From positions 1 through 28,016 of the forward strand of contig CAZCGS010000001.1 of assembly GCA_964498505.1 (NCBI GenBank): DNA of 28,016 nucleotides. The letters are read 5' to 3'. The notes under the pieces are model-generated. The model did not search any database, was not told the DNA's origin, and saw nothing but the letters and a program-made list of their open reading frames with translations. Of this stretch, positions 1-9,178 are shown piece by piece; within the stretch, counting starts at the first letter, position 1; every line of letters begins with the position of its first letter. Origin of the DNA: an uncultured archaeon. GTDB taxonomy: Archaea > Aenigmatarchaeota > Aenigmatarchaeia > QMZS01. The translations under genes and the position numbers were made by a program.

Positions 1-2623
1 AATCAATTGGGTTCCAGGAAGGAGGCATACTTCCTATAATTGCGAGCATCACTGGCTCTCCAACTGGGAATTGATAAAATTCCCAACTTGCGGTTAGATT
101 TCCATCTTTATAGGTGGCTGGGATTGCATCTATGAAGAAATTCCTAATCTCGAACCATCCCCAACCGAAGTATTTTTCGGAAGGGTTGTCGGGGTTTTCA
201 ACCTTTATATCAACTCCGTACCAGCCTGGAGGAAGCTCCTTGGTAGGTACAATCTTAATAGTTGCTCCTGAGGTAGAACTAACAACCGCACCCGGAATAA
301 TTAAAGTTTGATTCTGATCTTGAATGTCTATTTCCTTCATCAGCTGGTCGTTTCTCAAATGCTCTACAGTAGCAACCAAGCCTACACAACCGGAACAGGA
401 TTCGGAGCCATAGCTTGAAGCTAAATCGGCATCTATAATGTGAACCTTAAGGGTTATGTTCTCCTTGGAACTAAAGTACCATTTTCCGCTCTCAGGATGA
501 GGCTCCGCCCAAATAAAGTATTTCTTAAGCATGAAATGGGCTTTTCCCGTGCCTTCCTCAATATTACCATAATAATTCGCCTTGAACCTGAATTTTAGGG
601 TATAAAAGCCCTCTTCGCTGGGTGCAAAGAATTTTAGTATTCCTGTTGTGTTATCAAAACTGTCGTTGACCCTATTTCTGTAATCTACATCTTCAAACAT
701 ATCCTTGAATTCAGGAAATTCCTTCTGTATTCCGATGACCTTTGCCTCAAGGATGCTGGATACAGGCAACAGTTCCCTAGTTTTCAAATCCGTTATTTCC
801 AACTTTATGCTAATCGATGTGTTTGGAGCATTAAACCAATATTCCTCTCCGCTATCTCCGACAGGATGACCAGAAGCCAAAATATTTTGAATTCCGAAGT
901 TATCTCCCGCAACCTTTTTCAATCCCTCATGCCTTATCTTTACCCTGTACACTCCAACCTTCGAAAGGTTCCTTATTATAAGGGTACATTGGGTAAACAT
1001 TTGTTTCGGAGTAGAACTCTTCTCCTCTTCCGAAACATTAAAGAAATTCATTGTATTGCTAACATTCATGAATTCGTAATCAACTGTTGAAAGGTAGGAA
1101 TTTCCGTATCTGTCCTTAAGCTCTATCAAAGAAAGCTTCTCAGAACATTCATCCCGAGGAGTTGAAAGATTATCTATAGGAATTACATTTGGTCCAAAAG
1201 GGCCTTCAAATCCTCCGGGTCCGAACAGCATAACCATTATGGTTACATTAGAATTTGGGGCAAAGGAATTTACTTCAAATCCAGGACCTTCCTTTCCCGC
1301 CCTATCCATAAACTCCGGGTTAAAGGCAACAACCTGAAGGGTGCTTGTGACTATTTCAAATCCTGTTAGGAATTCCTGCTTTTGCCCATTATAACTTCCG
1401 ACCAGCTTTACTCCATAAACCCCTTCCTTTTCTGTCTCTTCAAAAATACCGTAATAAATTCCGGATTGGTCTTTGGTAAGGTTTATCCTTACCTTTGTTC
1501 CATCAGGTTTCGTAACTACAGCATAGCATTCTTTAAGTACAAGGGAGTTGTCATTAAAGTCCTTTGCAACGGCATTGATTCTTACCTTTGTTTTCGGTGC
1601 GAAGTCGTGCATTGGTGTGCCGGAAGGATTTGATACATACCCGGAAAATTTAAAGGATTCAACCGTAAATATCATGTAATCCATACCTCCGTTTATTTTA
1701 ATGCTGTATTCTCCGGTTTCACTCGGAGCACTAAAGGAAAATATAGCGTATCCATCGGAATTTGTCAGCTCGGTTTGATTCAAAACAAGGTTGGTTGATT
1801 TGTAAATTTGCAATGAAACCTGTCTATTTCCCAATAAAGTTCTATTCTCATCTTCTGAAACAAGCACAACAAGCAAAGTTATATTCTCCTTAGGGCTAAA
1901 GGTAGATTTTTCAATTGTCCTGGCTAAAAGCAAAGTTTTCCCTCTATTTCCGATTTCCAAAATTTGATATTTTGTATTGTTTAATTTAACGGTATCTCCT
2001 GGCTTTAGGTATTGCTGCTCTAACTCTGAAGAACCATCCTCTGCATCATCGTATAAGGAAAAATTTTTATCGTCATCTACATAAAGGGTATCGAAAAAAC
2101 CTGGATGCTCCTGATCCAAAGTAACGAAATAGTATTCTTTTCCGTTTATTTCCTTGCTTGCAAAGTTTATTCCCGTATTATTCAAAGCAAGCAAATCAGA
2201 TAAATTTCCCTCAGAAGGCAAACTCTCATTTAGGGTAATCTTGTATATCTCGGACGAACTTTTTATAAAGAAGGGAAGCACGAAAGCCCTTTCTCCAACA
2301 ACCCTAAAGTCCAACCTTAAGCTGTCGGAACCGCTCCTCAATAGAACATAGTAATTTCCTTCGGAATAGGAGGCTAAAGGGTGTTCAAAGGAAAATTCGC
2401 CTGAAGGAGAAGTAACCGTAGAAGAAGAATTCAAAAGAGTGCCATCAAAGGAATAAATGCTAATATCTATACTCTCATTTGCTATTTCTAAGGTACCGTA
2501 GACACTTAAATTTTCGGTTTTGGTATAGACTATTTTGGATGTAGAAGCTGAGATTTGATAGCTAAGGGTTGGAGAGACAATAGCTAAGAACAATAAAACC
2601 ACTAAAAAGTATCTTGAATCCAT
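1..2623 (-). CDS. Large secreted/surface protein with tandem Ig/macroglobulin(MG)-like beta-sandwich modules; >874 aa, 3' end runs off the window; absent from the ORF track
   Basis: Manual translation from ATG at 2623 (MDSRYFLVVLLFLAIVSPTLSYQIS..., signal-peptide-like) stays open to position 2. Repeated modules begin F-x-P-x-x-x-I/V and end G-x-Y-x-I/V (STFSPKENITL...GEYSIK, HDFAPKTKVRI...GVYGVK, WFNAPNTSISI...GFYTLK, WYFSSKENITL...GWYGVD). Many N-x-S/T sequons. Confidence 0.85.
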   Translation of the reverse strand, partial: MDSRYFLVVLLFLAIVSPTLSYQISASTSKIVYTKTENLSVYGTLEIANESIDISIYSFDGTLLNSSSTVTSPSGEFSFEHPLASYSEGNYYVLLRSGSDSLRLDFRVVGERAFVLPFFIKSSSEIYKITLNESLPSEGNLSDLLALNNTGINFASKEINGKEYYFVTLDQEHPGFFDTLYVDDDKNFSLYDDAEDGSSELEQQYLKPGDTVKLNNTKYQILEIGNRGKTLLLARTIEKSTFSPKENITLLVVLVSEDENRTLLGNRQVSLQIYKSTNLVLNQTELTNSDGYAIFSFSAPSETGEYSIKINGGMDYMIFTVESFKFSGYVSNPSGTPMHDFAPKTKVRINAVAKDFNDNSLVLKECYAVVTKPDGTKVRINLTKDQSGIYYGIFEETEKEGVYGVKLVGSYNGQKQEFLTGFEIVTSTLQVVAFNPEFMDRAGKEGPGFEVNSFAPNSNVTIMVMLFGPGGFEGPFGPNVIPIDNLSTPRDECSEKLSLIELKDRYGNSYLSTVDYEFMNVSNTMNFFNVSEEEKSSTPKQMFTQCTLIIRNLSKVGVYRVKIRHEGLKKVAGDNFGIQNILASGHPVGDSGEEYWFNAPNTSISIKLEITDLKTRELLPVSSILEAKVIGIQKEFPEFKDMFEDVDYRNRVNDSFDNTTGILKFFAPSEEGFYTLKFRFKANYYGNIEEGTGKAHFMLKKYFIWAEPHPESGKWYFSSKENITLKVHIIDADLASSYGSESCSGCVGLVATVEHLRNDQLMKEIDIQDQNQTLIIPGAVVSSTSGATIKIVPTKELPPGWYGVDIKVENPDNPSEKYFGWGWFEIRNFFIDAIPATYKDGNLTASWEFYQFPVGEPVMLAIIGSMPPSWNPID

Positions 2624-2628
2624 TATTT

Positions 2629-3288
2629 TTATATGATTTTTCTATTTATAAAGATTTTTTCTGCAGGGTTGTTATTGTCGGGAAGTAGTACATTACTGAA
2701 AAAAGGTGCTTTTATCAAAAATGTCTCGTACTCTCCTCCTTCCCCGCTCAAATTGCATCTCGCCCTTTTCAAATCCGAAAGAAAGTCTTCAAGGTTTTCT
2801 TTTGTTATTACCTTCCCCTTCCATCGCTCTATTCCTTCGGCGCATGTTTCGGCAATCAAAAATTCAAATCCGGCATCTTCCACCATTTCCCTTGTTAGCC
2901 TTTCTTCTTCCTTATTCCACAACGGAAAATAGGAAATTAAATTAAGCTCCTCGCAAATGAAATCTATTCTCTGCCTTTGATACTCGCTCCTTATTGCTCC
3001 GCAAATTAAACCTTTTGCATTCTCCTTTTCAACAACCTTCCTTAGGTTTTCCTTCATCTCAACCACCTCCTTTTCCTTCTTCCCCGAAACCTCAAACCTA
3101 TAATGCTTCAAATTTGCATACCTTGCCTGAAGGAAAACCTTCTCCGCCAAAGGATGATGGAACATAAAACTTTCTTTGTTTTTTGGAAGAAAGGTAACGG
3201 CGCAGGAAATTTCAAATCCGGAAAGGAGCATTAAATAATAAGCATACCAGGAATCCTTTCCCCCTGAAATTAAGGCAATAACCCTCAT
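2629..3288 (-). CDS. dph6: Diphthine--ammonia ligase (Dph6/DUF71 ATP-binding family)
   Basis: PP-loop SGGKDS, ESFMFH, GAIRSEYQRQRI, PLW and GEGGEYETF motifs; about 220 aa. Confidence 0.92.
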   Translation of the reverse strand: MRVIALISGGKDSWYAYYLMLLSGFEISCAVTFLPKNKESFMFHHPLAEKVFLQARYANLKHYRFEVSGKKEKEVVEMKENLRKVVEKENAKGLICGAIRSEYQRQRIDFICEELNLISYFPLWNKEEERLTREMVEDAGFEFLIAETCAEGIERWKGKVITKENLEDFLSDLKRARCNLSGEGGEYETFLIKAPFFSNVLLPDNNNPAEKIFINRKII

Positions 3289-4577
3289 GCTATCAATTCC
3301 TCTAAAGCCTTTTTGAATTCCTCCTTTGTTTTTTCTTCATCCATGCTTAAAACCTTTCTATCCCTCATAACAAACCTTCCCCTAACCATTAAATCGGAAA
3401 TTGCCTCTCTTGAGCAGGAAAAAACCAAGTTTGAAATCAAATTTTGGGAGGGGAGAAGGGAGAAATGCTCTTTATTTAGAAAAACCAAATCAGCATCCTT
3501 TCCCTCCTCTATGCTTCCGGAATTAATCCCCAATATTTTAGCTCCGTTTATGGTAACTAAATCCAAAGCTTCCTGGCTGGAGATTTCCGAAGCATTCCAT
3601 CTGAACCATTTTTGGAGTAAGCAGGCCACTTTCATCTCCTCCAAAATGTTTAAAGAATTATTAGAGCAGGCTCCATCAGTCCCCAACCCTATTAAAATAT
3701 TGCTCTCCTTCATCTCCCTGAAAGGAAAAACTCCTCCTGTAGCTAGCTTCATATTTGAAATAGGGCAATGCACAGCCTTTGCATCGGATTTTGCAAGAAT
3801 TGAAATTTCCTCTCTGGTTATCCAAACGCAGTGAAAGGCTATAAACTTCTCATCTAGCAAGTTCAAATCCTTTAAATAATTGACAGGCTTCTTCTTATAT
3901 TCCTTATAGCAATCAAACACCTCCTTCCTTGTTTCTGAAAGGTGAAGGGTGAAAAGCAATCCTTTTTCCCTAGCAATCTCCTTTGCCCTAAGAAGAAGGG
4001 AAGGCGAGCAGGTATAGATGGAATGGGGAGCTATTACAGGTTTTATTAAAGGGTTTCCAGCCTTTATACAAAAGTCCGCAAACTTTTCCGCCTTTTTGAT
4101 TTCTTCTTCAGTTCTTCCTTCCTCTTTAAAATCCATCAAAGCCTCTCCCAAAAATCCCCTTATTCCCGCCTCCGCAACAGCTTTAAAAATGCTGCCCATC
4201 CCAAAATACATGTCTAAAAAGCAGGAGATTCCGCTTTTTATCATCTCCAAACATGCAAACTTCGCTCCTATGTAAAAATGTTTGTCCTTTAGTTTAGCTT
4301 CAACCTTCCAGATTTCCTGTAACCATGGATGAAGCTCCAAATCATCCTTATAACCCCTCAGCAGGGTCATCGGAGAATGGGTATGTAGATTTAAAAAGGC
4401 TGGCAAGACTATTTTATTTCTGCAATCTAAAATTTCGCAATCTTTGGTTGAAACTGAAATCCCTTTCTTTATTTCCTTTATCCTTCCTTCCTCTATCAAA
4501 ATATCGAAATCCTTAAGGATCGTTCTATCCCTATTCTGGGTTATAATAAAACCGCAATTCTTCAGAAGGACCTGCAT
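3285..4577 (-). CDS. mtaD: Metal-dependent amidohydrolase of the MTA/SAH/5'-deoxyadenosine deaminase (MtaD/DadD) type
   Basis: HTH metal motif (NLHTHSPMTLLRG), PHSIYTC, HLSET, HCPISNMKLA and GLGTDGACSNN; 430 aa. The stop overlaps the dph6 start (ATGA). Confidence 0.85.
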   Translation of the reverse strand: MQVLLKNCGFIITQNRDRTILKDFDILIEEGRIKEIKKGISVSTKDCEILDCRNKIVLPAFLNLHTHSPMTLLRGYKDDLELHPWLQEIWKVEAKLKDKHFYIGAKFACLEMIKSGISCFLDMYFGMGSIFKAVAEAGIRGFLGEALMDFKEEGRTEEEIKKAEKFADFCIKAGNPLIKPVIAPHSIYTCSPSLLLRAKEIAREKGLLFTLHLSETRKEVFDCYKEYKKKPVNYLKDLNLLDEKFIAFHCVWITREEISILAKSDAKAVHCPISNMKLATGGVFPFREMKESNILIGLGTDGACSNNSLNILEEMKVACLLQKWFRWNASEISSQEALDLVTINGAKILGINSGSIEEGKDADLVFLNKEHFSLLPSQNLISNLVFSCSREAISDLMVRGRFVMRDRKVLSMDEEKTKEEFKKALEELIA

Positions 4578-4582
4578 AAAAA

Positions 4583-4590
4583 TTTATAAC
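4583..4590 (+). promoter_or_regulatory. TATA box for purM
   Basis: TTTATAAC starting 25 nt upstream of the purM ATG, inside a 30-bp divergent intergenic gap. Confidence 0.55.
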
Positions 4591-4607
4591 AGCAAAAAAT
4601 AATTTTT

Positions 4608-5615
4608 ATGGATAAATACGCAGAAAGCGGTGTAAATATTGAATTAGAAGGAAAAGCTATTAAAAGTTTGGTATCCGAACTGAAAACAGACTTAAATGGA
4701 ATATTTGCCAAGTATGATTATAAATATGGAAAAGCTTTGGGTTTCAGTTCGGATGGTATAGGTAGCAAAATTTTATGTTATCAAGCTATGGGAGATTTCT
4801 CTAACATTGGTTATGATTTGGTTGCGATGAATGTTAACGACTTAGCATGCGAATTTATACCTCCTTTATATTTTGTGAATTGTCTCTCAACAAATAAACC
4901 GGATCCAGAACTTAGCAAAGAACTCGGGAAAAGTCTGAAAAGAGCTTGTGAGCTGGCTAAAGTTATTCCAGCCGGAGGAGAATTTGCCAGTTTGCCTGAT
5001 CAAATAAAAGAAGATACCTTTGATTGGATTGGTTTTGTGTTCGGAATGGAAGATGAAGACAAACATAGGACATACATTAAAAAAAGAAACAATTTAGAAC
5101 CTGGTTTAAATATTCTGGGAATAAAAAGCTCGGGAATTCATTCTAACGGATTAACCTTAGCAAGAAAATTATATGAAGATGGAATAATGGATTTGGATGA
5201 TGAAGTCCCGGGCTCTGATAAAACTCTCGGAGAAGAATTAACAACTCCTACAAAAATTTATTCTCCTCTAATGACAAAACTTAGAGATGATGTAGAATTT
5301 TTTGCACATATAACCGGAGGTGGCTTTAAAAATTTATTAAGAGTGCTACCGCCAAATTTATATGCGAGACTGAAAATTTCAGAGGTCGATCCTATTTTTG
5401 AATTAATACAAGAAAAATTAAATGTACCAGAAAGGGAGATGTATAGTGTATTTAATATGGGAATCGGCCTGGTAGTGGGAGTAAAAGAAGAAAATAAAGA
5501 AAAAGTAACTAGCAAAATTGAAAAGGAAAAAGAAATTTGCCTAGATTTGGGCTCTCTGGTAAAAGGCGAGAGAAAAGTTGTAATAAATAAGGAAATTATT
5601 TTGCAAAAATATTAG
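4608..5615 (+). CDS. purM: Phosphoribosylformylglycinamidine cyclo-ligase (AIR synthetase)
   Basis: YAESGVNI, DGIGSK, AMNVNDL, GGEFA, SSGIHSNG, TPTKIY, AHITGGG and FNMGIG. Confidence 0.92.
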   Translation: MDKYAESGVNIELEGKAIKSLVSELKTDLNGIFAKYDYKYGKALGFSSDGIGSKILCYQAMGDFSNIGYDLVAMNVNDLACEFIPPLYFVNCLSTNKPDPELSKELGKSLKRACELAKVIPAGGEFASLPDQIKEDTFDWIGFVFGMEDEDKHRTYIKKRNNLEPGLNILGIKSSGIHSNGLTLARKLYEDGIMDLDDEVPGSDKTLGEELTTPTKIYSPLMTKLRDDVEFFAHITGGGFKNLLRVLPPNLYARLKISEVDPIFELIQEKLNVPEREMYSVFNMGIGLVVGVKEENKEKVTSKIEKEKEICLDLGSLVKGERKVVINKEIILQKY

Positions 5616-5661
5616 TAAACTTTATGTCTAAAGTCAAGCGTTAATTTCCTTTTGTTTTTAA

Positions 5662-6486
5662 TCAGAAGAAAACTATTGAGGCATAACCTACTATCGCACT
5701 CAAATCCTTAGAGGTGGAGAAAGAGGTATCATAAGAGATTAGCTTTCCCTTCTTGGCACCAAGCCTTTTTAAAATTAGCAAAAGCAGGGTTATTGTTATA
5801 TGACCGCAAACCGTATATCCATTTTCCAAAACCGAATCATAGAACTTTTTAGGGTTGAGCTCAAGGATTAAATTAATAATCCTTCCATCAAGTTCTTTAA
5901 CAAATTCTAACGGATTATCCCAAGAACCCTCAGGCACATAATTATAGGCGAATCCGTAATGGGTAAAATCGCTGCTCGCTATGTAAAATCTATCCCTCCT
6001 GGCTAATATCTCTGCAAGCTCCTCCAAAATGTTGAAGGAAAGAGAAGGTAATTGAATCGGAGTAAAAACAAATTTGTTGTTAAAAAGGTATTGGAGGAAA
6101 GGGAGCTGAACCTCTATAGAATGCTCTGCCTTTATTACTTCTTCGGCTATTTCAACCGCATGCTCCTTAGTTATTTCTTCTACAAAGGGCTTATCTATCT
6201 TTGCAATGCCTAATGGCGTTTGCCAATCCTGGTTAGAGGTTGCTATTATCCCATGGTTCCTATGATCTACCCCTAAAATAACAAATTTTTCGGTTTTGGG
6301 AGTAAAGGATTTGTAGCCAGAGGCTGCAACATGCCCGGAGTAAATATAACCTGCATGGGGAACTATTATTCCCTTCGCATTTTCTATATAGCTCGGCTTT
6401 GCCTGAGAAAATAGTAAATCTAACAAGCTTTGCAATTCCCCTTTCTCAGCCGGATAAAAAATTCCCGCTACTGTTGGAGAACGCAT
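5662..6486 (-). CDS. MEMO1-family protein (AmmeMemoRadiSam protein B)
   Basis: RSPTVAGIFYP, PHAGYIYSG, EHSIEVQLPFLQ, SSDFTHYG, TVCG and VGYASI. Confidence 0.92.
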   Translation of the reverse strand: MRSPTVAGIFYPAEKGELQSLLDLLFSQAKPSYIENAKGIIVPHAGYIYSGHVAASGYKSFTPKTEKFVILGVDHRNHGIIATSNQDWQTPLGIAKIDKPFVEEITKEHAVEIAEEVIKAEHSIEVQLPFLQYLFNNKFVFTPIQLPSLSFNILEELAEILARRDRFYIASSDFTHYGFAYNYVPEGSWDNPLEFVKELDGRIINLILELNPKKFYDSVLENGYTVCGHITITLLLLILKRLGAKKGKLISYDTSFSTSKDLSAIVGYASIVFF

Positions 6487-6506
6487 AAAAAGAAAAATTC
6501 AAAAAA

Positions 6507-6514
6507 GTTATAAA
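6507..6514 (-). promoter_or_regulatory. TATA box for the MEMO1-family gene
   Basis: TTTATAAC at -28..-21 from the ATG at 6486. Confidence 0.5.
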
Positions 6515-6921
6515 ACAGGAATTCCGTATTGGATAGCTGGATTGCTCCTCTTTTTTAACTCCCGCTCTTCCATTCTTGGCAAAACAATCCTCACTCCGAG
6601 TCTTTTCTCTATTTCTTCGATGTTTTTCAATTCCGACCTTTTCCTCAGATCTAGAAATCTTGCTGATAAACCCTTCCTCTCGATATTAATAATTCCTTCG
6701 ATATCCTTATTTACATAATTGAACGTAATAAGATTTGAGGGCGAGAGATAAGAAGATAAATACTCAACCATCTCGGGGTTCTCTTCCAAAGGAGATAGCT
6801 CCAACTCTCCCTCAGCTCCTCTCTTTATTACCCAACTTCCTTCATAGCTTGGGAGTACTATCTTATACTCAACTCTATCTTTCCCAGAAATTTCCTTATA
6901 TGCCTTCATTTTTTCTACCAT
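6508..6921 (-). CDS. Hypothetical protein, 137 aa
   Basis: Fills the gap between the thermosome and MEMO1 genes on the same strand, with a TATA-like box at -26. No family recognised. Confidence 0.7.
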   Translation of the reverse strand: MVEKMKAYKEISGKDRVEYKIVLPSYEGSWVIKRGAEGELELSPLEENPEMVEYLSSYLSPSNLITFNYVNKDIEGIINIERKGLSARFLDLRKRSELKNIEEIEKRLGVRIVLPRMEERELKKRSNPAIQYGIPVL

Positions 6922-6939
6922 TAAATAATATTGAAGAAA

Positions 6940-6947
6940 ACTTTAAA
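6940..6947 (-). promoter_or_regulatory. TATA box for the 137-aa ORF
   Basis: TTTAAAGT at -26..-19 from the ATG at 6921. Confidence 0.5.
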
Positions 6948-6950
6948 TTT

Positions 6951-6969
6951 AAAAACAAAAAAACAAAAA
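6951..6969 (-). terminator. Oligo-T archaeal terminator after the thermosome gene
   Basis: The minus strand reads TTTTGTTTTTTTGTTTTT immediately after the stop at 6975. Confidence 0.6.
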
Positions 6970-6974
6970 TTCAA

Positions 6975-8636
6975 CTAATATTCTCCTCCTTCATACCCTC
7001 CGGAAGGGCCTTCTCCCTTTCCTCCAGATTTTTCCAATTTTCCGGCTATAATTGTATCATCTATTCTCAAAATCATCTCCGCCACTTCTGTTGCAGAGGA
7101 TATTGCCTGCAATTTTACCTTTGTTGGTTCAACCACACCCAATTCCTTCATATCCTGAAGCTCTCCTTTGAAAACATTGACCCCTATCCACTTCTTTCCC
7201 TTTTCGTGCTCGCTTTTCATGTTTACAAGCATCTCTATAGCATCCTTTCCAGCACTTTCTGCCAGAATTCTTGGAATTGTTTCTAAAGCATCGGCAAATG
7301 CATTTATGGCTAGCTGCTCCTTTCCTCCGACTTTTTCCGAGTATTCCCTTATTCCCCTTGCTAACTCAACCTCTATTGATCCTCCTCCGTAAACCACTCC
7401 TCCGTATTCCAAAGCGCTCGCTATTCCCAAAACTCCATCCTCTATACCCCTTTTTGCCTCATCAACCACATGCTCTGTTCCTCCTCTAACCAAAATGGTA
7501 ACAGACTTTGGATTCTTGCACTCTTTAACAAAAATCATTTTTTCTCCTCCGACTTTCCTTTCTTCAACAAGCCCTGCCTCTCCCAAATCCTGCTCAGAAA
7601 TTTCCTTTACCTCGCTTATTATGTTTGCTCCAGTTGCCTTTGCTAATTTTTCCATATCGCTCTTCTTTACCCTTCTTACAGCCATTATTCCTGCCTTTGC
7701 TAAATAATGAGCCGCTAAATCATCAATTCCCTTCTGGCAGAATACAACATTTGCACCAGCCTTCTTTATATACTCAACCATTTCTTTAAGCATCTTTGCC
7801 TCCTGATCAATAAAGGCTTGTAATTGATCAGGAGAGGTTATCTGGATTTTTGCATCCGTCTCCGTTTTATGAACCTCTAAGGAACTTTCTATCAGAGCTA
7901 TCTTTGCATTTTTAACAATTTTCGGCATAGCACCGTGCATAACCTCCTTATCTATAACGATTCCCTTTACCAGCTCTGTATCCTCTATCTTTTCTCCCTC
8001 CTTCTTCTCTATTTTTATGTCGTCTGTATCTATTATTATCTTTCCGTTTTCTTCTTTGGCTACAGATTTTATTGCGTCAACCACAACCTTTGCAAGTTTT
8101 GACTTTGCAGCCTCTATTCCCTTTCCTGTCATTGATGTCTCCGCTATTTTTATCAATATCTCCTCATCATCAATCGTTACCTTTTCTGAGAGGTTGTTTA
8201 AAAGCTCTATTGCCTTATCCTTTGCAAGCCTGAATCCTTTAATGATTGTTGTTGGATGAATCCCTTGGTCCATCAAATCGCTTGCCCTCCTTAACATCTC
8301 TCCCGCATAGACTACAGCTGTAGTTGTACCGTCTCCTACTTCCTCTTCCTGGGACTTCGCTATTTCTACCATCATTTTTGCTGCCGGGTGCTGAATTTCC
8401 ATCTCTTTTAGTATTGTAGCCCCGTCGTTGGTTATTGTTATATCCCCTACTGAATCTACCAGCATTTTGTCCATTCCTCTAGGTCCTAAGGTTGTCTTTA
8501 CTGCATCGGAGATTGCTATTGCAGCGTTTATATTGGCTTTCTGAGCTTCTCTACCAGTTTGCCTTATCGCCCCTTCCGGTAGGATTAGGATTGGTTGAAC
8601 TCCTAACCCGCCAGCACCAGACATTCCGTTTGCCAT
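6975..8636 (-). CDS. ths: Thermosome subunit (group II chaperonin)
   Basis: [32 protein letters not shown] and LRIDD; 553 aa with a Gly/acidic tail. Confidence 0.98.
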   Translation of the reverse strand: MANGMSGAGGLGVQPILILPEGAIRQTGREAQKANINAAIAISDAVKTTLGPRGMDKMLVDSVGDITITNDGATILKEMEIQHPAAKMMVEIAKSQEEEVGDGTTTAVVYAGEMLRRASDLMDQGIHPTTIIKGFRLAKDKAIELLNNLSEKVTIDDEEILIKIAETSMTGKGIEAAKSKLAKVVVDAIKSVAKEENGKIIIDTDDIKIEKKEGEKIEDTELVKGIVIDKEVMHGAMPKIVKNAKIALIESSLEVHKTETDAKIQITSPDQLQAFIDQEAKMLKEMVEYIKKAGANVVFCQKGIDDLAAHYLAKAGIMAVRRVKKSDMEKLAKATGANIISEVKEISEQDLGEAGLVEERKVGGEKMIFVKECKNPKSVTILVRGGTEHVVDEAKRGIEDGVLGIASALEYGGVVYGGGSIEVELARGIREYSEKVGGKEQLAINAFADALETIPRILAESAGKDAIEMLVNMKSEHEKGKKWIGVNVFKGELQDMKELGVVEPTKVKLQAISSATEVAEMILRIDDTIIAGKLEKSGGKGEGPSGGYEGGEY

Positions 8637-8642
8637 GTTTCA

Positions 8643-8649
8643 TCACCTC
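8643..8649 (-). promoter_or_regulatory. Shine-Dalgarno site of the thermosome gene
   Basis: GAGGTGA 6 nt upstream of the ATG. A TATA-like TTTAAAAT at 8690-8683 implies a short leader. Confidence 0.75.
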
Positions 8650-8685
8650 ACATAGTATAGTTATAATATTAGTTGGGAGAAAATT

Positions 8686-9171
8686 TTAAATTGATTGGCC
8701 TAGCTTTTTAGCCTTTTTATCGCACCATACCACTCGATCTGCCAAATATTTATATCTATGCTCCTCTGTTTTATCTTTATCATAGATATGGATAACCTTT
8801 ATTCCCTTTAGCACCAAATCATCAGCTATAAACCTTCGATGACACCTAAACCATAACCTTTCAGCACAAATCAGGCAAATCCTTTTCTCTTTTCCCAGCT
8901 CAATTACCTTCTCCAAACCCTTTTTATATTCTTCTGTTTTGGTATATGCCAGATAGCCCTCTTTCCTATACCCTCCGAGCTCCTCCAACCAGATATAGTC
9001 TATTCCTTCTTTAGGCAGGACCTTTTCCAAATTTTCCTTTGAAAACCATGGATATCTTTTAGAGGTGGGAAAGTGCCTCACATCAATAACTACTTCTATT
9101 TTAAAATGCTTTAAAATTTCAAGGAATTCTTCTAAGGCTCTTGTAGATGTTCCTAAGGTATAGATTTCCAT
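8686..9171 (-). CDS. DUF488 family protein
   Basis: IYTLGTS, IDVRHFPTS, YIWLEELGG and CLICAE...CHRRFIAD. Confidence 0.88.
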   Translation of the reverse strand: MEIYTLGTSTRALEEFLEILKHFKIEVVIDVRHFPTSKRYPWFSKENLEKVLPKEGIDYIWLEELGGYRKEGYLAYTKTEEYKKGLEKVIELGKEKRICLICAERLWFRCHRRFIADDLVLKGIKVIHIYDKDKTEEHRYKYLADRVVWCDKKAKKLGQSI

Positions 9172-9178
9172 AAATTTT

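Noticed and set aside
389-1465. Possible avoidance of WCCGGW as a clue to REase specificity
   Set aside because: Sites are readily found (ACCGGA at 389, TCCGGA at 1460). No depletion is evident by eye, and this does not test specificity.
114-2351. Short plus-strand ORFs (114-311, 866-1090, 1382-1633, 2154-2351)
   Set aside because: Antisense shadows of the long minus-strand surface-protein gene.
2633-8689. ORFs antisense or out of frame to dph6, mtaD, purM and thermosome (e.g. 3313-3834, 6735-7286)
   Set aside because: They lie mostly or entirely over well-supported genes and have no motifs of their own.
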